Assembly (NCBI RefSeq): GCF_963921235.1
Contig: NC_086113.1
Coordinates: 46,004,001 to 46,068,000 of the forward strand
Direction: 5' to 3'
Length of the DNA stretch: 64,000 bases
DNA from: Mobula hypostoma
Taxonomy: Eukaryota
Of the stretch, positions 1 to 12,971 are shown one piece after another. Position 1 is the first letter of the stretch; every line of letters begins with the position of its first letter. The translations under genes and the position numbers were made by a program. Below the pieces are notes generated by a model, which searched no databases, was not told where the DNA came from, and was given only the letters and a program-made list of their open reading frames with translations.

Positions 1-32
1 GGGGAGAAGAACAGGAGCTCGACACCAGGTTC

Positions 33-670
33 ATAGAATTTGAGAGCTGTTGGTGTGTCGGGCCATGCTATTCGTGTTGGTGCCACTTCTCCAAGCACAA
101 GGTTCCCCCCACACCGTACTTCTCCCGTTTCTCTTTCAGTCCTGTAAATCCTTTCCTGTGCTCTCCCTATCTCGTTTGAAAGCTGCAGTTGAATCTGCCT
201 GCATTGCCAGCCCTGCTAGTGCATTCTGGACTCCAAATACACTGCGTTTTGTTTCAGAAAGAGTTCACCTAATCTACTTTTTGGTTCTTTTTGCCTTTAT
301 GCCCTGGGAATAAGTTCTCTCCATTCACCCTGTATCAGATCCCCTCTCAACTCCTCTGCTACAAGGGCAGTTCCAGTTACTCCACTCTTTCTCCAGGTGA
401 CTAAGTTCATCTCTGGAATCATTCCTGTTGGGATTCTCCTGCACCCTGTCTAACCCTTTCACCTTTCCTAAAGAGTTGTTTCTGCAACAGGATACAGTAC
501 TCTGTGGTTAACCTAGCGTTCACCATGCTCTCATGCTATGCCTGTCTGTATAAAACCCAAGATCCCATGTGTTTTGTTTTTAATAAAAAACCAGAACTAT
601 TTTCTCTCCCATCAGGCACCCGTCTGCCCTCTTCTTACAGCCTGCCTGTATCTTGTTGAAGCCCATTAAT
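33..670 (-). mobile_element. Highly decayed CR1 LINE 3' fragment
   Basis: Recognisable similarity to the better-preserved CR1 3' ends in this window (cctgcaccctgtc, gatcccctctcaactcctctgct). Confidence 0.55.
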
Positions 671-2309
671 ATCCTCCAATCGGAGGCCGGGATTTAAACA
701 GTTTGTTTTCTGCCTTTATTTCCTGGGAGAGAGACTGAATTGGTGGCTAGAACTTGATGGTTTGTGGTGGGGAATTGAAGGCAAAAGTCACTGGCTCCCC
801 AGTGTTGAGGGAAATTCCTTCTCGTCCAGTGCTGGATGTGGGACAAGCAATCTGGCCAATCGGACATTGGGATTACAGTTGGCTGCGACCCGTGGGAAGG
901 CCATTACTAAACGTTGGCAATCCCAGGAACAGACTCAAAGTGGAAGGAGGCTGCTTTCTGTCAATTTAACTCCTCAAAGGCCAGTTTTGTTTTTAAAATG
1001 CCCCAAAGTGAGGTGGAAGGCACTGGTTAATCGCCATTTGACAATCCCAGCTGTCCTCCCTCTTCCTAAGTGAAAACAGACTCTGCAGCTTGTGTTGCGC
1101 ACTGCATCTGTGGTTGGAGGCAAATCGTACGTCTGATCTCAGACATGTGGTTTCCTGTCTGTGTTTAAATTTACTAGCACATCAAAGCCTGCTACCACTC
1201 GACCATGTTTACAAGCAGATAATACTGTCTCTCATTTATTGTGGGCTGACTGATGTCCAACTCCAGTGTCTCAAAAGTTGGCTCTTTCTGAACTTTTTTA
1301 TTGGCTCCTTTAAAGTACAGACTGAACTTGTTATCTGTTGTGCACAAGTTGAAACTCAGTAAGCTGCTTCTCAGTTCAAGATATTTCTTTTCACTCGACC
1401 AGCCATTCCTGCTCTCTGTCCACTATTGTCCCCATATAAATAACACTGCTGTGTAGCATTTTCGTATTTATCAATTATTATCACCAGCTCTTTTCCTTCC
1501 TCACCCCCTCCCCCCTGCCAATTTATACCTAACCTTAATCACAACCACAACTTAAAAGCTCTTGCTGCATTTACCAGCACAATAGATTTTAGAGAAAGTT
1601 GCATCCAATATAAAGATGTAGCACATAACAAGGACGATGGTCACAGTCTGTTCCTCAAAGCTCCCAAGGCTCACCTTCAGAAACTGTTTCTTTCCCCCTT
1701 CCCACTGTGTGTCTGTTGCCTTGGCCTCAGTCTGGTCACAATAGCCTTGCTCAATTTTGGTCCTAGTTCCACATCAAACAAATGTCTGTCGGACTTTTTA
1801 AAAGTCTGATTCTTTCGGGAAGTCTGTGGTGCTTTGTCTGAACTTCCTCAGCCCCCTGCACTGGAATGTATTGCAAAGCACGTTCACCCTCTTCTGGAAA
1901 CCAATAAACAGTCTGACTTAAAATAAGCTCAGTTTCATTTGCTTCTGACAGTTTGTTCTGCTGTGCTTTAAATTGACAATAGGCAGCAACCCAGGCTGAC
2001 TTGAAAGCTCTGGGCTATTTTCCCACACCTTTTGCCTGTTGCCAAAATAAGTCAAGCCTCGTGAATAGGGCCAGGGAGTGGTTTAGGAATGCATCCTCCA
2101 AAGACTCCCAGCATTTGCGCACAAATCCTACAAACCTAGCTGGCCCCCTTTTTGGCAAAGAGTTTGGGCCAGCCCTTTTTTTTAACAGTGAGGTGTGTGT
2201 TATTTACACAGCTGTCCAAACACGCTTGCCTGAAGTGTATCTGTTGTGACCAAATATTACTGTTGCTAAAAGGTTGGGGCTGATGCATCAAGGACATTTT
2301 CTACCATCA

Positions 2310-2700
2310 TTGCCTAGCCTTGGCTCAGTGCTGTCCCATTTGCCTTTTGAGTAAACGCATGGTTTCAAGGTCTCCTCTCGACCATACCGCCCAAGTTTGC
2401 TTCCATCGCAATACAGAGGGAGTCCCGTGTAACCAATGGTGTCATTGTACGAAACTCTGTCTGTCATGTACCTCTACAGCACTATTTTGAAGAGCAAGAC
2501 TTTTCTTGTCAGTAGTGTGGCTGCTACTCCTGAAACAGCATCTCTGACTGAGCAGATGATCTGTATTTTTTTATCACATTACTGTTTCTGGGACCTTTCC
2601 CTGTGTGAACTGCTCACTTGCTTCCAAAGGTGCACTAGTGAAGACAATTGAAAGGTTTGCTTGCACATTTTGCAGGGCTCTAGATTTTAGTAAAATCCTG
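2310..2700 (+). mobile_element. Old DeuSINE-like (AmnSINE/SacSINE-related) copy
   Basis: Deu-domain-like strings gcactattttgaagagcaag and tatcacattactgtttctgggacc. Further weak copies at about 10760-10980(-), 22180-22460(-) and 59290-59490(+). Confidence 0.55.
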
Positions 2701-2944
2701 CCAATCTGAAGTTGGAGACTCTTTGCCTCCCTGAGCAAGCCTACTTAGTCTAGCATTTGGTTCCTTGGTGCTTAAGGCAAAGTGATGCTCAACTGTTGTT
2801 ACTACCACTCTTTGCTCTTGGGTGACCTGCTCTGCACCCAATGCACCTATTGTGAAATTCCCACTTGTGTTCTAATCCTCGCCCCCCCCCCCCCGTAATG
2901 GGTGTGTTTAAAAGCGAAAGACAGAACTTGAATCACAAGCACCC

Positions 2945-3840
2945 AGAGTCATAGTGTTATACATCATGGAAACAAGCTCTTTGTCCCAACATGTTGCTGC
3001 TAAACAAGCTGCCTTCCTGAGTGAATCGCATTTGCCAGCACGGCCCATGTCCCCCTCCTGTCCGGACAGCAATAAGTGCTGTAGTTGCACCTGCCACTAA
3101 AACGCTCCCTGTCCCCACAACCCTCTGGGTATGTTATTTTTTTTTAAATTGCCCCACTCATGTTTTAGGATCCCCTGGCCTGGGAAAATTACTGTAATTA
3201 TGACCCTTGTGATTTTATGAACATCTAAAAGGTCACCTCTCAGCCTCCTTTAGTTTTAGGGAAAACAGGTATAGTGTTTAACTCGAGTCCTCCAGACCCT
3301 TTTCTGCACCCTCTCTCGTTTAATCATGTCATTCCTATGGTGTGGCTGTCAGATCTACACACAATACTCGAAGTACGTTCTCACCCATCTCTTGTAGAGC
3401 TGTGACTTGATTTCACCCAAATCTTGTACTCACTGCCTCAAATGGTGAAGATAAGTGTGCCATACACCTTCTTCATTGCCCTGTCTGACCGTGTTATCAC
3501 TTTCAAGGAACTACCTACATGTCCTCCGTTCTCTCTCCTATACAACACTGCCCAAGGCCCTGCCATTCACTGTGTGCATCCATCCCTGATATTATCACTT
3601 TGCACTTGTCAGAGGTGAATTCTATCTGCCATTTGCTTTTGCCCACTTTCCCGGTTGGTTTGGATCCTTTTGCAATCTTAGACAGCCTTCTTCACTGTCC
3701 ACTACACCACCTATATTGGTGTCACTGCAAAGGTATTAACCGTACCATCTGTATTCTTGTCCATATAGTTAATAGATGTGGCAAACAGGGGATCCAGCAT
3801 TAATCCCTGCAGCCTACCACTGGTCCAGACCTCCAATCAT
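2945..3840 (-). mobile_element. Decayed CR1 LINE 3' part
   Basis: CR1 tail (agagtcatag..) and RT C-terminal similarity. Confidence 0.65.
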
Positions 3841-4102
3841 AAAAAAAAACAGACCTCTACCACAGCAACACAAACAAAATGCTGGAAGAACTCAGTTTGG
3901 GCAGGCAGCATCTGTGGAAATAAACAGTCGACGTTTCAGGCCGAGACCCTTCCTAACATAAGAAATCGGAGCAGGAGTCGGCCATCTGGCCTGTTGATCC
4001 TGCTCTGCCATTCAATAAGATCATGGCTGATCTGGCCATGGACTTACCTCCACCTGCCTGCCTTTTCCCCATAACCTTTAATTCCCCTACTATGCAAAAA
4101 TC

Positions 4103-4367
4103 GCTCCGGAGTCCGGCTGGTGGCACAGTGTCATCAGCGCCAGACTTCGGAGCGAAGGTTCCCGAGTTCAAATCCAGTCAGGCCGCTCCCAGGCACGCTT
4201 TCCATCCGTGCCGGGTTGAGTATCGAGCTTGCAACTCGGCCTCGTAAAAAAAAAAAGACTGCGCTGTGAGAAGGATGTGGGGGACCACTCACAGAATCTT
4301 TCCTTTAAGACAACCACTTGAAAAAGTGGTCGCCGAGGCTCTGGCAGAGTATGGCACACAAAAAAAA
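4103..4367 (+). mobile_element. tRNA-derived SINE with 11-bp TSD, inserted in CR1
   Basis: A box TGGCACAGTG, B box GAGTTCAAATCC, A tail. TSD ATGCAAAAATC at 4092-4102 and 4368-4378. Confidence 0.88.
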
Positions 4368-5209
4368 ATGCAAAAATCTATCCAACCTTGTTTTAACTAT
4401 ATTTACTGAGGTAGCCTCCATTGCTTCATTGGGCAGAAAATTCCACAGATTCACCACCATCTGAGAAAAGCAGTTCCTCCTCATCTCCATCTGTTCCCCT
4501 CTATACACTGCGCTCGTTATATCCTCAAAGAACTCCAGTAAGTTTGTCGAACAGGACCTGCCTTTACTGAATCCATGCTGCATTTGCCTGATGGATCCAT
4601 TTCTTTCCAGATGCTTCGTTATTTCTTTTTTAATGATAGCTTCAAGCTTTTTCCCAACTACAGATGTTAAACTAATAGTTACCTATAGTTACCTACCTTT
4701 TTCCTACATCCTTTTTTGAACTGTGGCGTGACATTCACTGTCTTCCAATCTGCTGGGACCTGCCCAGAGTCCAGAGAATTGTGGTAAATTATCACCAAAG
4801 CCTCTACTATAACTTTGACCCATTTCTTTCAGTAGCCTGGGATGCATTCCATCAGGACCAGGAGACTTGTCTATCTTCAGCCCACAAATTTGGTCAGCAC
4901 TACCTATTAAGTGAATGCTATTGTATCGAGGTCCTCACCTCCCATCGTATCCATAACATCTCTCTTTGGCATGTTAGTCGTGTCCTCCACCGTGAAGACC
5001 GACCCAAAATAGTCATTCAAAGCCTCTGCCATTTCCTCATTACCCAATATCAATTCCCCCTCTCCTCCTCTAAGGAACCTATGTTCACTTTAGCCACCAT
5101 TTTCCACTTTATATAATTATAAAAACTTCTACTATCCGTTTTTATATTTTGTGCTAGCTTACTTTCAGAATCTATCTTTCCTTTCTTTATTGCTGGCTTA
5201 GTGGTTCTT

Positions 5210-5692
5210 AGAATTGATTTTAAGATTCTCCTGTTTGTTTATAAAGCCCTAAATGGGCTGCCCCCCCCCATCACAGACCTTCTAACCCCTTATTCTACTT
5301 CCTGGTCCCTCAGGTCAGCTGACTTGGGGCTCCTGGCTGTCCCATGATCTAAACTTAAGCTTGGGTGACCGTGCCTTTGTGCTATTGTAGCCCCTAGACT
5401 GTGGAACAGCATTCCCCTCCCTATCAGATCTGACCCCTCCATCGACTCTTTTAAATCCAGGCTCAAAACTTACTCTTATTCACTAGTGTTTGAATCCTCC
5501 TGATGTGGCTGATTTTTGACTTGTGCCTCGGCCCTGGTGTTTGTTTCTTTTGTGCCTATAAGCTGTTTGCCTTGTTGGTTATGTCTGTGTTTTTTGTATT
5601 TGTGATTTTAGCTATCTGCTCTGATCTGTACAGCACTTTGGTCAACGTGGGTAGTTTTTAAATGTGCTACATAAATAAATTTGACTTGACTT
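5210..5692 (+). mobile_element. L2-clade LINE 3' fragment inserted in CR1
   Basis: RIDFKILLFVYKALNGL.P and FKSRLKTY translations; ends ATAAATAAATTTGACTTGACTT. CR1 sequence resumes on both sides. Confidence 0.85.
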
Positions 5693-7702
5693 TGTCGCTT
5701 TTTAAAGTTTTCCCAAACTTCCAGTTTCCCACTACTCTTGGCGACTTTGTATGCCCGAGCTTTTAGTTTGATGCCTTCCTTTATTTCCTTAGTTATCCAT
5801 GGCTGGCTCTGCCCATCCTTTACTGTCCTTGCTTTTAACTGGAATATACTCTTGTTGAACACCATGAAAAATCTCTTTGAAAGTCTTCCACTGTTCCTCA
5901 ACCATCCCACCATATAGCCTGTGTTCCCAGTCTACACTAACCAAATCCTCCCGCATCCCATTGTAGTCTCCATTGTTTAGGCATAATACACTGATTTTAA
6001 ATTGAACTATTGCACCCTCCTTTTGTATGAGAAACTCAATCATACTGTGATCACTCTTTCCAAGAGGGTCCCTAACTACAAGATCACTAATTTTACCTGT
6101 GTCATTACTTAAGACCAGATCCAAGATAACACGTTCCCTTGTTGGTTCAGTAACATGCTGTTCAAAGATGTTACAGAACTGAGACATGAAAACATAGAAA
6201 ACCTACAGCACAATACAGGTCCTTCAGCCCACAAAGCTGTGCTGAACATATCCTTACCTAAGAAATTACCTAGAGTTACCCATAACCTTCTGACTCCTTC
6301 CTCCAAGCCAATCTTGCATTCAGTTGGTTAGCCCCCCCTGGATCACAGATGTTCGAAATGTTCAGACCAGCCTATCATGTGCGACCTTGTCAACAGCCTT
6401 GTAGACACATAAGTTGTTCTACTATTATCAGTCACCTCTTCAAAAAAAAACACACACACACAATCATGGCACTGTCACTCGTGCACAATGCAATGCTGAC
6501 TATCCTAGTCAATCCTTGCCTTTCCAAATGCGGGTAGAATGCCTTCCAGTAAGTTATCTGTCACTGATGTTGGACTCTCAGGCTGGTGGTTCTGTGGTTT
6601 GTGCTTACAGTCCTTAAATACAGACAGAACTATACTCCCATGTCTTTTTGGTCAGGATAAGAGCATGGGGGACTGTTACAGGATATCTGCTTCACAGCAG
6701 GTGAGCTGAGGACTCCATTCCAAATGTGTAATAAATTAGACTCGGTTCCTGATAGTAGCCCATGAGAGATTACTACCAGGAGTAAATAATTTGCTGCAGA
6801 CAGTGTTATTTTTCACTGTTCTCATTAATTTGCAGACAGCATTCACCCGTGTTGGCCCATCAAGTATAAATACAAAAGTAAGGTGTTTTTTTTAAATAAG
6901 TAATGGTTCACTGGCAAAGTACAAATCAGGTGGAAAACATGCAAGGCTTTATGCACTGCTTACAGCTCTGGAGAGGATATTGCAATCTCTGTGCTGCGCT
7001 TGTGTTACAGTATCTATTGCAGTTATCTGCCTGGGCTGTTTAAGAATCAGTCATTCCTTTAAGCCTTCTTGATTTGCATAAGACAGAGGAGCAGGTTTGA
7101 GCTGTTTGGCCAATCGAGTCTGCCCCAGCATTCCATCATCATTGATTTATTTGCCCTCTTAACTCCACTCTCTTGCCTTCTCCCTGTAACTCCTGATGCC
7201 CTTACTAATAACCTACTGTATCAACCTTCACTTTAAATACACACAATGACTTGAACTTCACAACCGTGGCAAATAAAAATTGCACACACTTGCCACCCTC
7301 TGACTAAAGAAATCCCTCCTGATCTCTGTTCTAAAGGGATGTTCTTCTTTTCTGAGGCTGTGCTCTCTGATCCTAAACTCTCCCATTATTGGAGACATTC
7401 TCCTCACCCCTACTCTGTCTGGGCCTTTCAATATTCGATATGTTTCAATGAGAATTCCCAGCCCCCATTCTTCTTAACTCCAGTGAGTACATGCCCAGAG
7501 GAATCTAACGCTAATCATACATTTGCAAGCAAAAGTTTGTGAACCTTCTGCAATTACCTGCATTAATTACTCATAAAATGTGGTCTGATCTTCATTTAAG
7601 TCACAATAATAGACAAATACAATCTGCCTAAACTAGTAACACAAACAATTGTACTTTTCATATCTTTATTGAACACATTGTTTAATCATTCACAGTCCAG
7701 GC

Positions 7703-7990
7703 TGGGGTACTGCAAGTCTGTGTCTTTGCTGTTGCTTTGCTGCACGCTTGAGTGCTCGGTGGTGGGCGCCGATACCTTTTTTTTTTGCTAGTGGGGGAGG
7801 GGGGATCTTTGCTTGCTGCCACTTGTGCGTGGGAGGGAGGGGAGCTGGGGGGGGTGCGATTTTGGGGTTTCAACATTTAACTGTCATTCATTCTTTGGGG
7901 CACTCCTCTGTTTTCGTGGATGGTTGCAAAGAAAAAGCATTTCAGGATGTATATTGTATACATTTCTCTGACATTAAATGTACCTTTTGA
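7703..7990 (+). mobile_element. Non-LTR retroelement 3'-tail fragment inserted in the Tc1 left TIR
   Basis: Interrupts the TIR. Clearly homologous to a second copy at about 17935-18248 that ends in (CTTTGAA)-type tandem repeats. Confidence 0.75.
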
Positions 7991-8011
7991 AACATATGTG
8001 AACCCTTGTAT

Positions 8012-9036
8012 TTAATAATTGGTAGAACCTCCTTTAGCAGCAATAACCTCCACCAAAAGTTGCCTGTAGCTGCTGATCAGACTTGCACAATGGCAAGGAA
8101 GAATTTTTAGACCATTTCTCCATACAAAACTGTTCCAGTTAATCAATATTTCTGGGATACGTTGCATGAACATCCCCCTTCAGGTCATGGCAGGGCATCT
8201 CAAGTGGGTTAAGGTCTGGACCCTGACTTGGCCATTCCAAAACACACATTTTCTTCATTTTAAACCATTCTGCTGTTGATTTACTCTTGTCTTTTGGATC
8301 ATTGTCTTTTTGCATCATCCAACTTCTACAAACGTTTGTATTAAGCTTCAGGTGACAGACTGCTACCCTGACATTCTCTTGTAAAATGTCTTGATGCAAT
8401 TTTGAATTAATTGTTCCCTCAGTAATTGCAAGCTGTCCAGGCCCTGAGGCAGCAAAGCAGCCCCAAACCATGATGCTCCTTCCACCATGCTTCACAGTTG
8501 GGATGAGGTTTTGCTGTTGGTGTGCAGTGCCCTTTTCCCTCCAAGCGTAGCAATGTGCATTTCTGCCAAGAAGTTCAACTTTTGTCTCATCTGTCCACAG
8601 AATATTGTCCCAGAAGCATTGTGGAACATCCAGGTGATATTTTGCAGACTTGAGATGTGCAGCAATGTTTTTTTTTAGAGAGCAGTGGTTTCCTCCATGG
8701 TGTCCTTCCATAAACATCATTCTTGTTCAGTGTTTTTCTTATAGTGGACACATGAACAGACTTCAGCAAGTTCTAGAGATTTCTGCAGGTCTTTTGCTGT
8801 TAGCCTTGGGCTCTTTTTCACCTCCTTCAGCTCTTGTGCTCTTGGTGTGATCTTTGCAGGATGCCCACTTTAGGGAGAGTAGCAACAGTACTGAATTTCC
8901 TCCATTTGTAGACAATTTCTCTTACTGTGGACTGATAAATGCTCGGGTCTTTAGAAATGCTTTTGTAGCCTTCTCCAGCTTCATGCATCTCTACAGTTCT
9001 TCAAAGGTCCTCTGAAAATTGTTTTGATCAAGGCTT
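8012..9036 (-). pseudogene. Tc1 transposase pseudogene
   Basis: WTDETK, TVKHGGRSIMVWGCF, QKDNDPK-(34 aa)-PDLNPLE and C-terminal EVIAAKGGSTNY*. Start codon mutated, frameshifts and a premature stop at 8139. Confidence 0.92.
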
Positions 9037-11039
9037 GGTGCATATAAACAGATATTTCTTGAAGGGTAGGCTCTGCCAATAACCTGACTTAGTGCGTCTT
9101 TTTTATAGGGCAGGGCACCTCTACAACCCACACCTCCAATCTCATCTCATTCATTGGAACACCTGACTCCAAATAGCTTTTGTAGAAGAGGTTCACATAC
9201 TTTTTCGAAACTAGGCTGTGATTGCTTAAATGGTGTGCTCAGTATTGATGAGAAGAAGTACAACTGGTTGTGTTACTAGTTTAGACAGAGTGTGTTTGTC
9301 TATTACTGTGACTTGGATGAAGATCAGACCACCTTTGATGAGTAATTAATGCAGAAAACCAGCTAATTGCAAAGGGTTCACAAACTTTATCTTGTAACTG
9401 TACATTAACCCTGTTATCTTTCCTGTGATGCCATGAGTTCTTGTTTAGCAGCCTTAAGTGCGACACCTTGTCAAAAGCCTTCTGAAAAAACAAATAACCA
9501 ACATCCACTGACTCTCCTTTGCCTATCCTGCCTGTTATTTCCTCAAAGAATTCCAACAGATTTGTCAGGAAAGATTTCCCCTTGAGGAAACCATGCTGAC
9601 CACAGCTCATTTTATCATGTGCCTCCAAGTACCTCTACTTCATCCTAAATAAAGGACTTTAACATTTTACCAGCCACCGACGTTGGGCTACCTGGCCTAT
9701 AATTTCCTGTCTTTTGTTTCCCTCCCTTCTTAAAGAGTGGAGTGGCATCTGCAATTTTCCCTTCTTCTGGAACCATTCCAGAATCTAGTGATTCTTGAAA
9801 GATCATTACTAATGCCTCCGTAATCTCCTAAACTACCTTTTTGAGAGCCCTAGAATGAGCGCTATTTGGTCCACATGATGTCTACCTTCAGACCTTTCAG
9901 CTTCCCAAGCACCTTCTCCTTATTATTAGTGATTACACTCACCCCGTCCCCGACACTCGAATTTCTGGCACACTGCTAGAATCCTCCTCAATGAAGACTG
10001 CCGCAAAATACTCCTTCAGTTCATCTGTTATTTCTTTGTCCCTTCAGTACTACCCTACCAGTGCCATTTTCCAGCTGTCTGATGCCCATTCTTGTCTTTC
10101 TTTAACTCTTTATATCTGGGGGGGGGGGGGGGAGAAAAACTTCTGGTGTCCTCAGTAGTATATATTATTGGCTAGATTACCTTCTGATTTCAGCTTTTCT
10201 GTCGTTATGGTCTTTTGGTTCCCTTCTGGCTTTTAAAAGCTTCTCAATCCTCTCGCACTCCTGTGAATTTTTGCTATTTTACTTTTATACTGGCTTTGAC
10301 TTCCCTTGTTAGCCATGGTTGCCCCATCGTTCCTTTTCGGAAGCTGCTGCTTCTTTGGGGTGAACAGATCCATAACTTGTACTACTGTTCGAAACTCTGA
10401 AAGTCCTTTGTGATTCATGTAGTACCTACATTTGTCCTGTGAAGCATAGTTGGTTTGATTCCTGGACTGTTTAGCTCCATTGAAGGTTGAACACTCTGAG
10501 CAGTGAGAGTGGTGAGAGTTGCTGAGTACACACGTAGTCCTTCCCACACACTTTTACAGGAAATGCTTTCCTCTTTGTTGTACCTTCTTGGGCCCATAGG
10601 ATCTCCCAGGCACCTTGCACTCAATGAGGTCCCTTTTATAGATGATAGAGAAAGGTACCTACACTGCATGCAGCCAGATGTTGCGAGTAGAAATGTGATA
10701 ATGATCTGATAACATGGATTAGATGCTGGCTGATACAAGAATGAGGGCTTGAGGATTGAGAGGCTTTTAAAAGAATGAGACCCTTGACCTTTGAAATACT
10801 CCAGCGAAATCTTTTCACTTTAGACAAGCATTTAAAACCTCAACTGAAAGAAACTCCTTCTGACTGCCCAGCACTCCCACTTTGCCATGTGGGAATCTTC
10901 TCCCAAATTATGTATCCATGCCTTTTTGGCTGAGATCTTAAACCCATAACTTTCTGACCTCAAAGCAACATGGTGGCCCATGAAGACAATGGATGCAGAA
11001 GAGCGATTGATGAGATGTAATGGTTCCTTAAGTTCAGGG

Positions 11040-11615
11040 GAGCTAGTTGGGATAAGCTCCCACTACCCATTAAATGCGCCTAATGGTGTATGTCTCAAAC
11101 AGCCTCTGACAACCAAGTCCAGTTCCTGGCCTTCACATGCGGCTTAGCTACTAAGCCCGGGGGAACCATTTCTACTGACAGGAGAAGGGGCAAATGCGGG
11201 CTGTTAGCATCTTAAAACCAGTTGCCTCAGGCTGATGGGGCTCGTCAGCCATGGTTGGCATCTCGTCTAGGAAAGGGGAAAGCTCTGATCTCAAAGCTCT
11301 GCTGCCTTGCGGTTATACCCACCTGTGGGGATGGCTGCAGGAGTAAACCCAGAGGAAAAATCCTGAGCAGCAGTCCCTGAGGCAGTCCTACAAAGAGTAC
11401 TGCTCCGACAGGCAACTCCTGCGACGCCGCCAGTGCCAAACTATACCGGTTTCTGTCGTTCCCTTGGATTCTTCAGCTGTGTGGGGAGCGGGAGCCTGCT
11501 GCATGGGCAACAAGTTGCTCTTCATGTCAACTGGCCTGGCCTGCGTGTGGACTGTGTATCACGTGGACAGCTAAAATGCCATAGCCATGATTGACCCCCA
11601 ACTAACGGGCCTCAT
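11040..11615 (+). mobile_element. Non-autonomous RTE-related element (RTE 5'UTR-like)
   Basis: GC-rich, non-coding. Strings GATAAGCTCCCACTACC, GACAACCAAGTCCAG and GCTACTAAGCCCGG recalled from RTE (AviRTE-like) 5' UTRs. Its 3' part is homologous to the tail of the SINE at 47573-47885. Confidence 0.6.
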
Positions 11616-12102
11616 AATCTTTCCCGAAACCAACTTCATATTATAGACTGAACAAAGTTCCGAAAGGTTATTGGAAAATTTAACAGTTAAGTAGGCGCTG
11701 ACGTGTTCATCTGTGTTAACTGTCAACATTTAAAGGTAAACAGGGAAAAACCATCACTCTCCTAAAAAGGAAGTAAAGTTTCCCCTTCTCTATCCCTAAA
11801 GAGCCCAGGGATTAACCAGTTAGTGGTCAGTTGCTGACAGCAGCTAGAATGCTCCACTGATTCTTTTCTGCTCGAGTGCTCCAGAGCTGGTCAATATTGA
11901 TAAACTCGGATCCATTCATAAGATGTGTGATTTGTTCTTTCTTTTGATATATTGTTTCTTCAGGGGAGATTACCCAGAAGTGGGATGGTTAAATTCTGGG
12001 CTGTGGTTTCTGTTTTTAATATTCAATTCAAGAGGGTGATTTTGAGAACTGATTGTGGTGCCTGTGTTTTCTTACAATTTTGCTGGTATCCGTCTACTTT
12101 AG

Positions 12103-12914
12103 ATATCCCAGTGGATGTGGAATCTATCACCAAAGTGATCCTTGTCACTCTCATCCCACTGCTCGTCATTGCTTTCGTGGTGACCCTTGGTTATTACTTG
12201 TACCGGGTCCAGAGACAGAAGGCCCTGAACAGAGAGTGGGCAAAGGATCAGAAGGTCAAGAAAGCGGGTCATCGGATCCGGGGGCCGATTGACCGGAGCG
12301 AAGGGTGCGCCATCCGCCTGGACGACGACCAGTCTGACATCAGCTCCACCTGCGCCAATAACATCAACCACAACACTGAACTGCTGCCCCTGGAGCTGGA
12401 CGGCATCGTGGGCAAGGGCCGCTTCGCTGAGGTCTACAAGGCCAAGCTACGACAGAGCACCTCCGAGCAGTTCGAGACTGTGGCCGCGAAGATCTTCCAC
12501 TTCGATGAATACGTGTCCTGGAAGAACGAGAAGGAGATCTTCTCTGATGCCAACCTGAAGCACGAGAACGTGCTGCAGTTCCTGACGGCAGAGGAGCGGG
12601 ATACAGAAATGGGCAAGCAGTACTGGCTGATCACCGCCTATCACCCCCAGGGCAACCTGCAGGACTACTTGATGAGGCACGTTGTCAGCTGGGAGGATCT
12701 GTGCCTGCTGGGAGGGTCGCTGGCCAAGGGGATCGCCCACTTGCACAGTGAATACACCCCCTGTGGCCGGCCGAAGATTCCCATTGCCCACCGGGACCTC
12801 AAAAGCTCCAACATTCTGGTGAAGAACGACATGACCTGCTGCCTTTGCGACTTTGGCCTGTCCTTGCGGTTGGAGTCGTCTCTGTCAATAGATGACTTGG
12901 CTAACAGCGGGCAG
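12103..12914 (+). CDS. TGFBR2: TGF-beta receptor type II, exon equivalent to human exon 4 (stalk, TM helix, juxtamembrane, kinase subdomains I-VII)
   Basis: Acceptor tttag| at 12098-12102, donor |gtaagt at 12915, phase 1 to phase 0. Translation has a TM helix ([22 protein letters not shown]), [46 protein letters not shown] and DFGLSLRL...DDLANSGQ, diagnostic of TGFBR2. No GS box. Confidence 0.97.
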
Positions 12915-12971
12915 GTAAGTTCAAGTTTTTATCTCTTCAAACTATCAGGTATCTCTGCTCTGAATCTTCAC

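Larger units (their letters stand above)
3955..6170 (-). mobile_element. CR1 LINE ORF2 fragment (APE endonuclease C-part, tether, RT start, 3' end), internally deleted and interrupted twice
   Basis: PTRERVILDLVL, LGKSDHSMIEF, QPWITKEIK, QHGFSKGRSCSTNLLEFFE, RRNCFSQMVVNLWNFLP. Confidence 0.9.
7520..9400 (-). mobile_element. Full-length decayed Tc1-family transposon (DD34E, long IR/DR-type termini)
   Basis: TA flanks (7518-19, 9401-02). Ends CATTTGCAAGCAAAAGTTTGTGAACC and GGTTCACAAACTTTATCTTGTAACTG. Inverted similarity runs for more than 150 bp, with inner TGTGAACC/GGTTCACA repeats near 7997 and 9190. Confidence 0.93.
7078..10350 (-). mobile_element. CR1 LINE split by the Tc1 (7078-7517 and 9403-10350)
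   Basis: CR1 3' end to the left. QHGFLKGKSFLTNLLEFFE...FQKAFDKVSH to the right. Host string ca-TA-cattaaccct is continuous across the Tc1. Confidence 0.85.

Noticed and set aside
1-12102. TGFBR2 ectodomain exons (cysteine-rich, CSC..CND)
   Set aside because: No matching exon found by eye; presumably upstream of the window.
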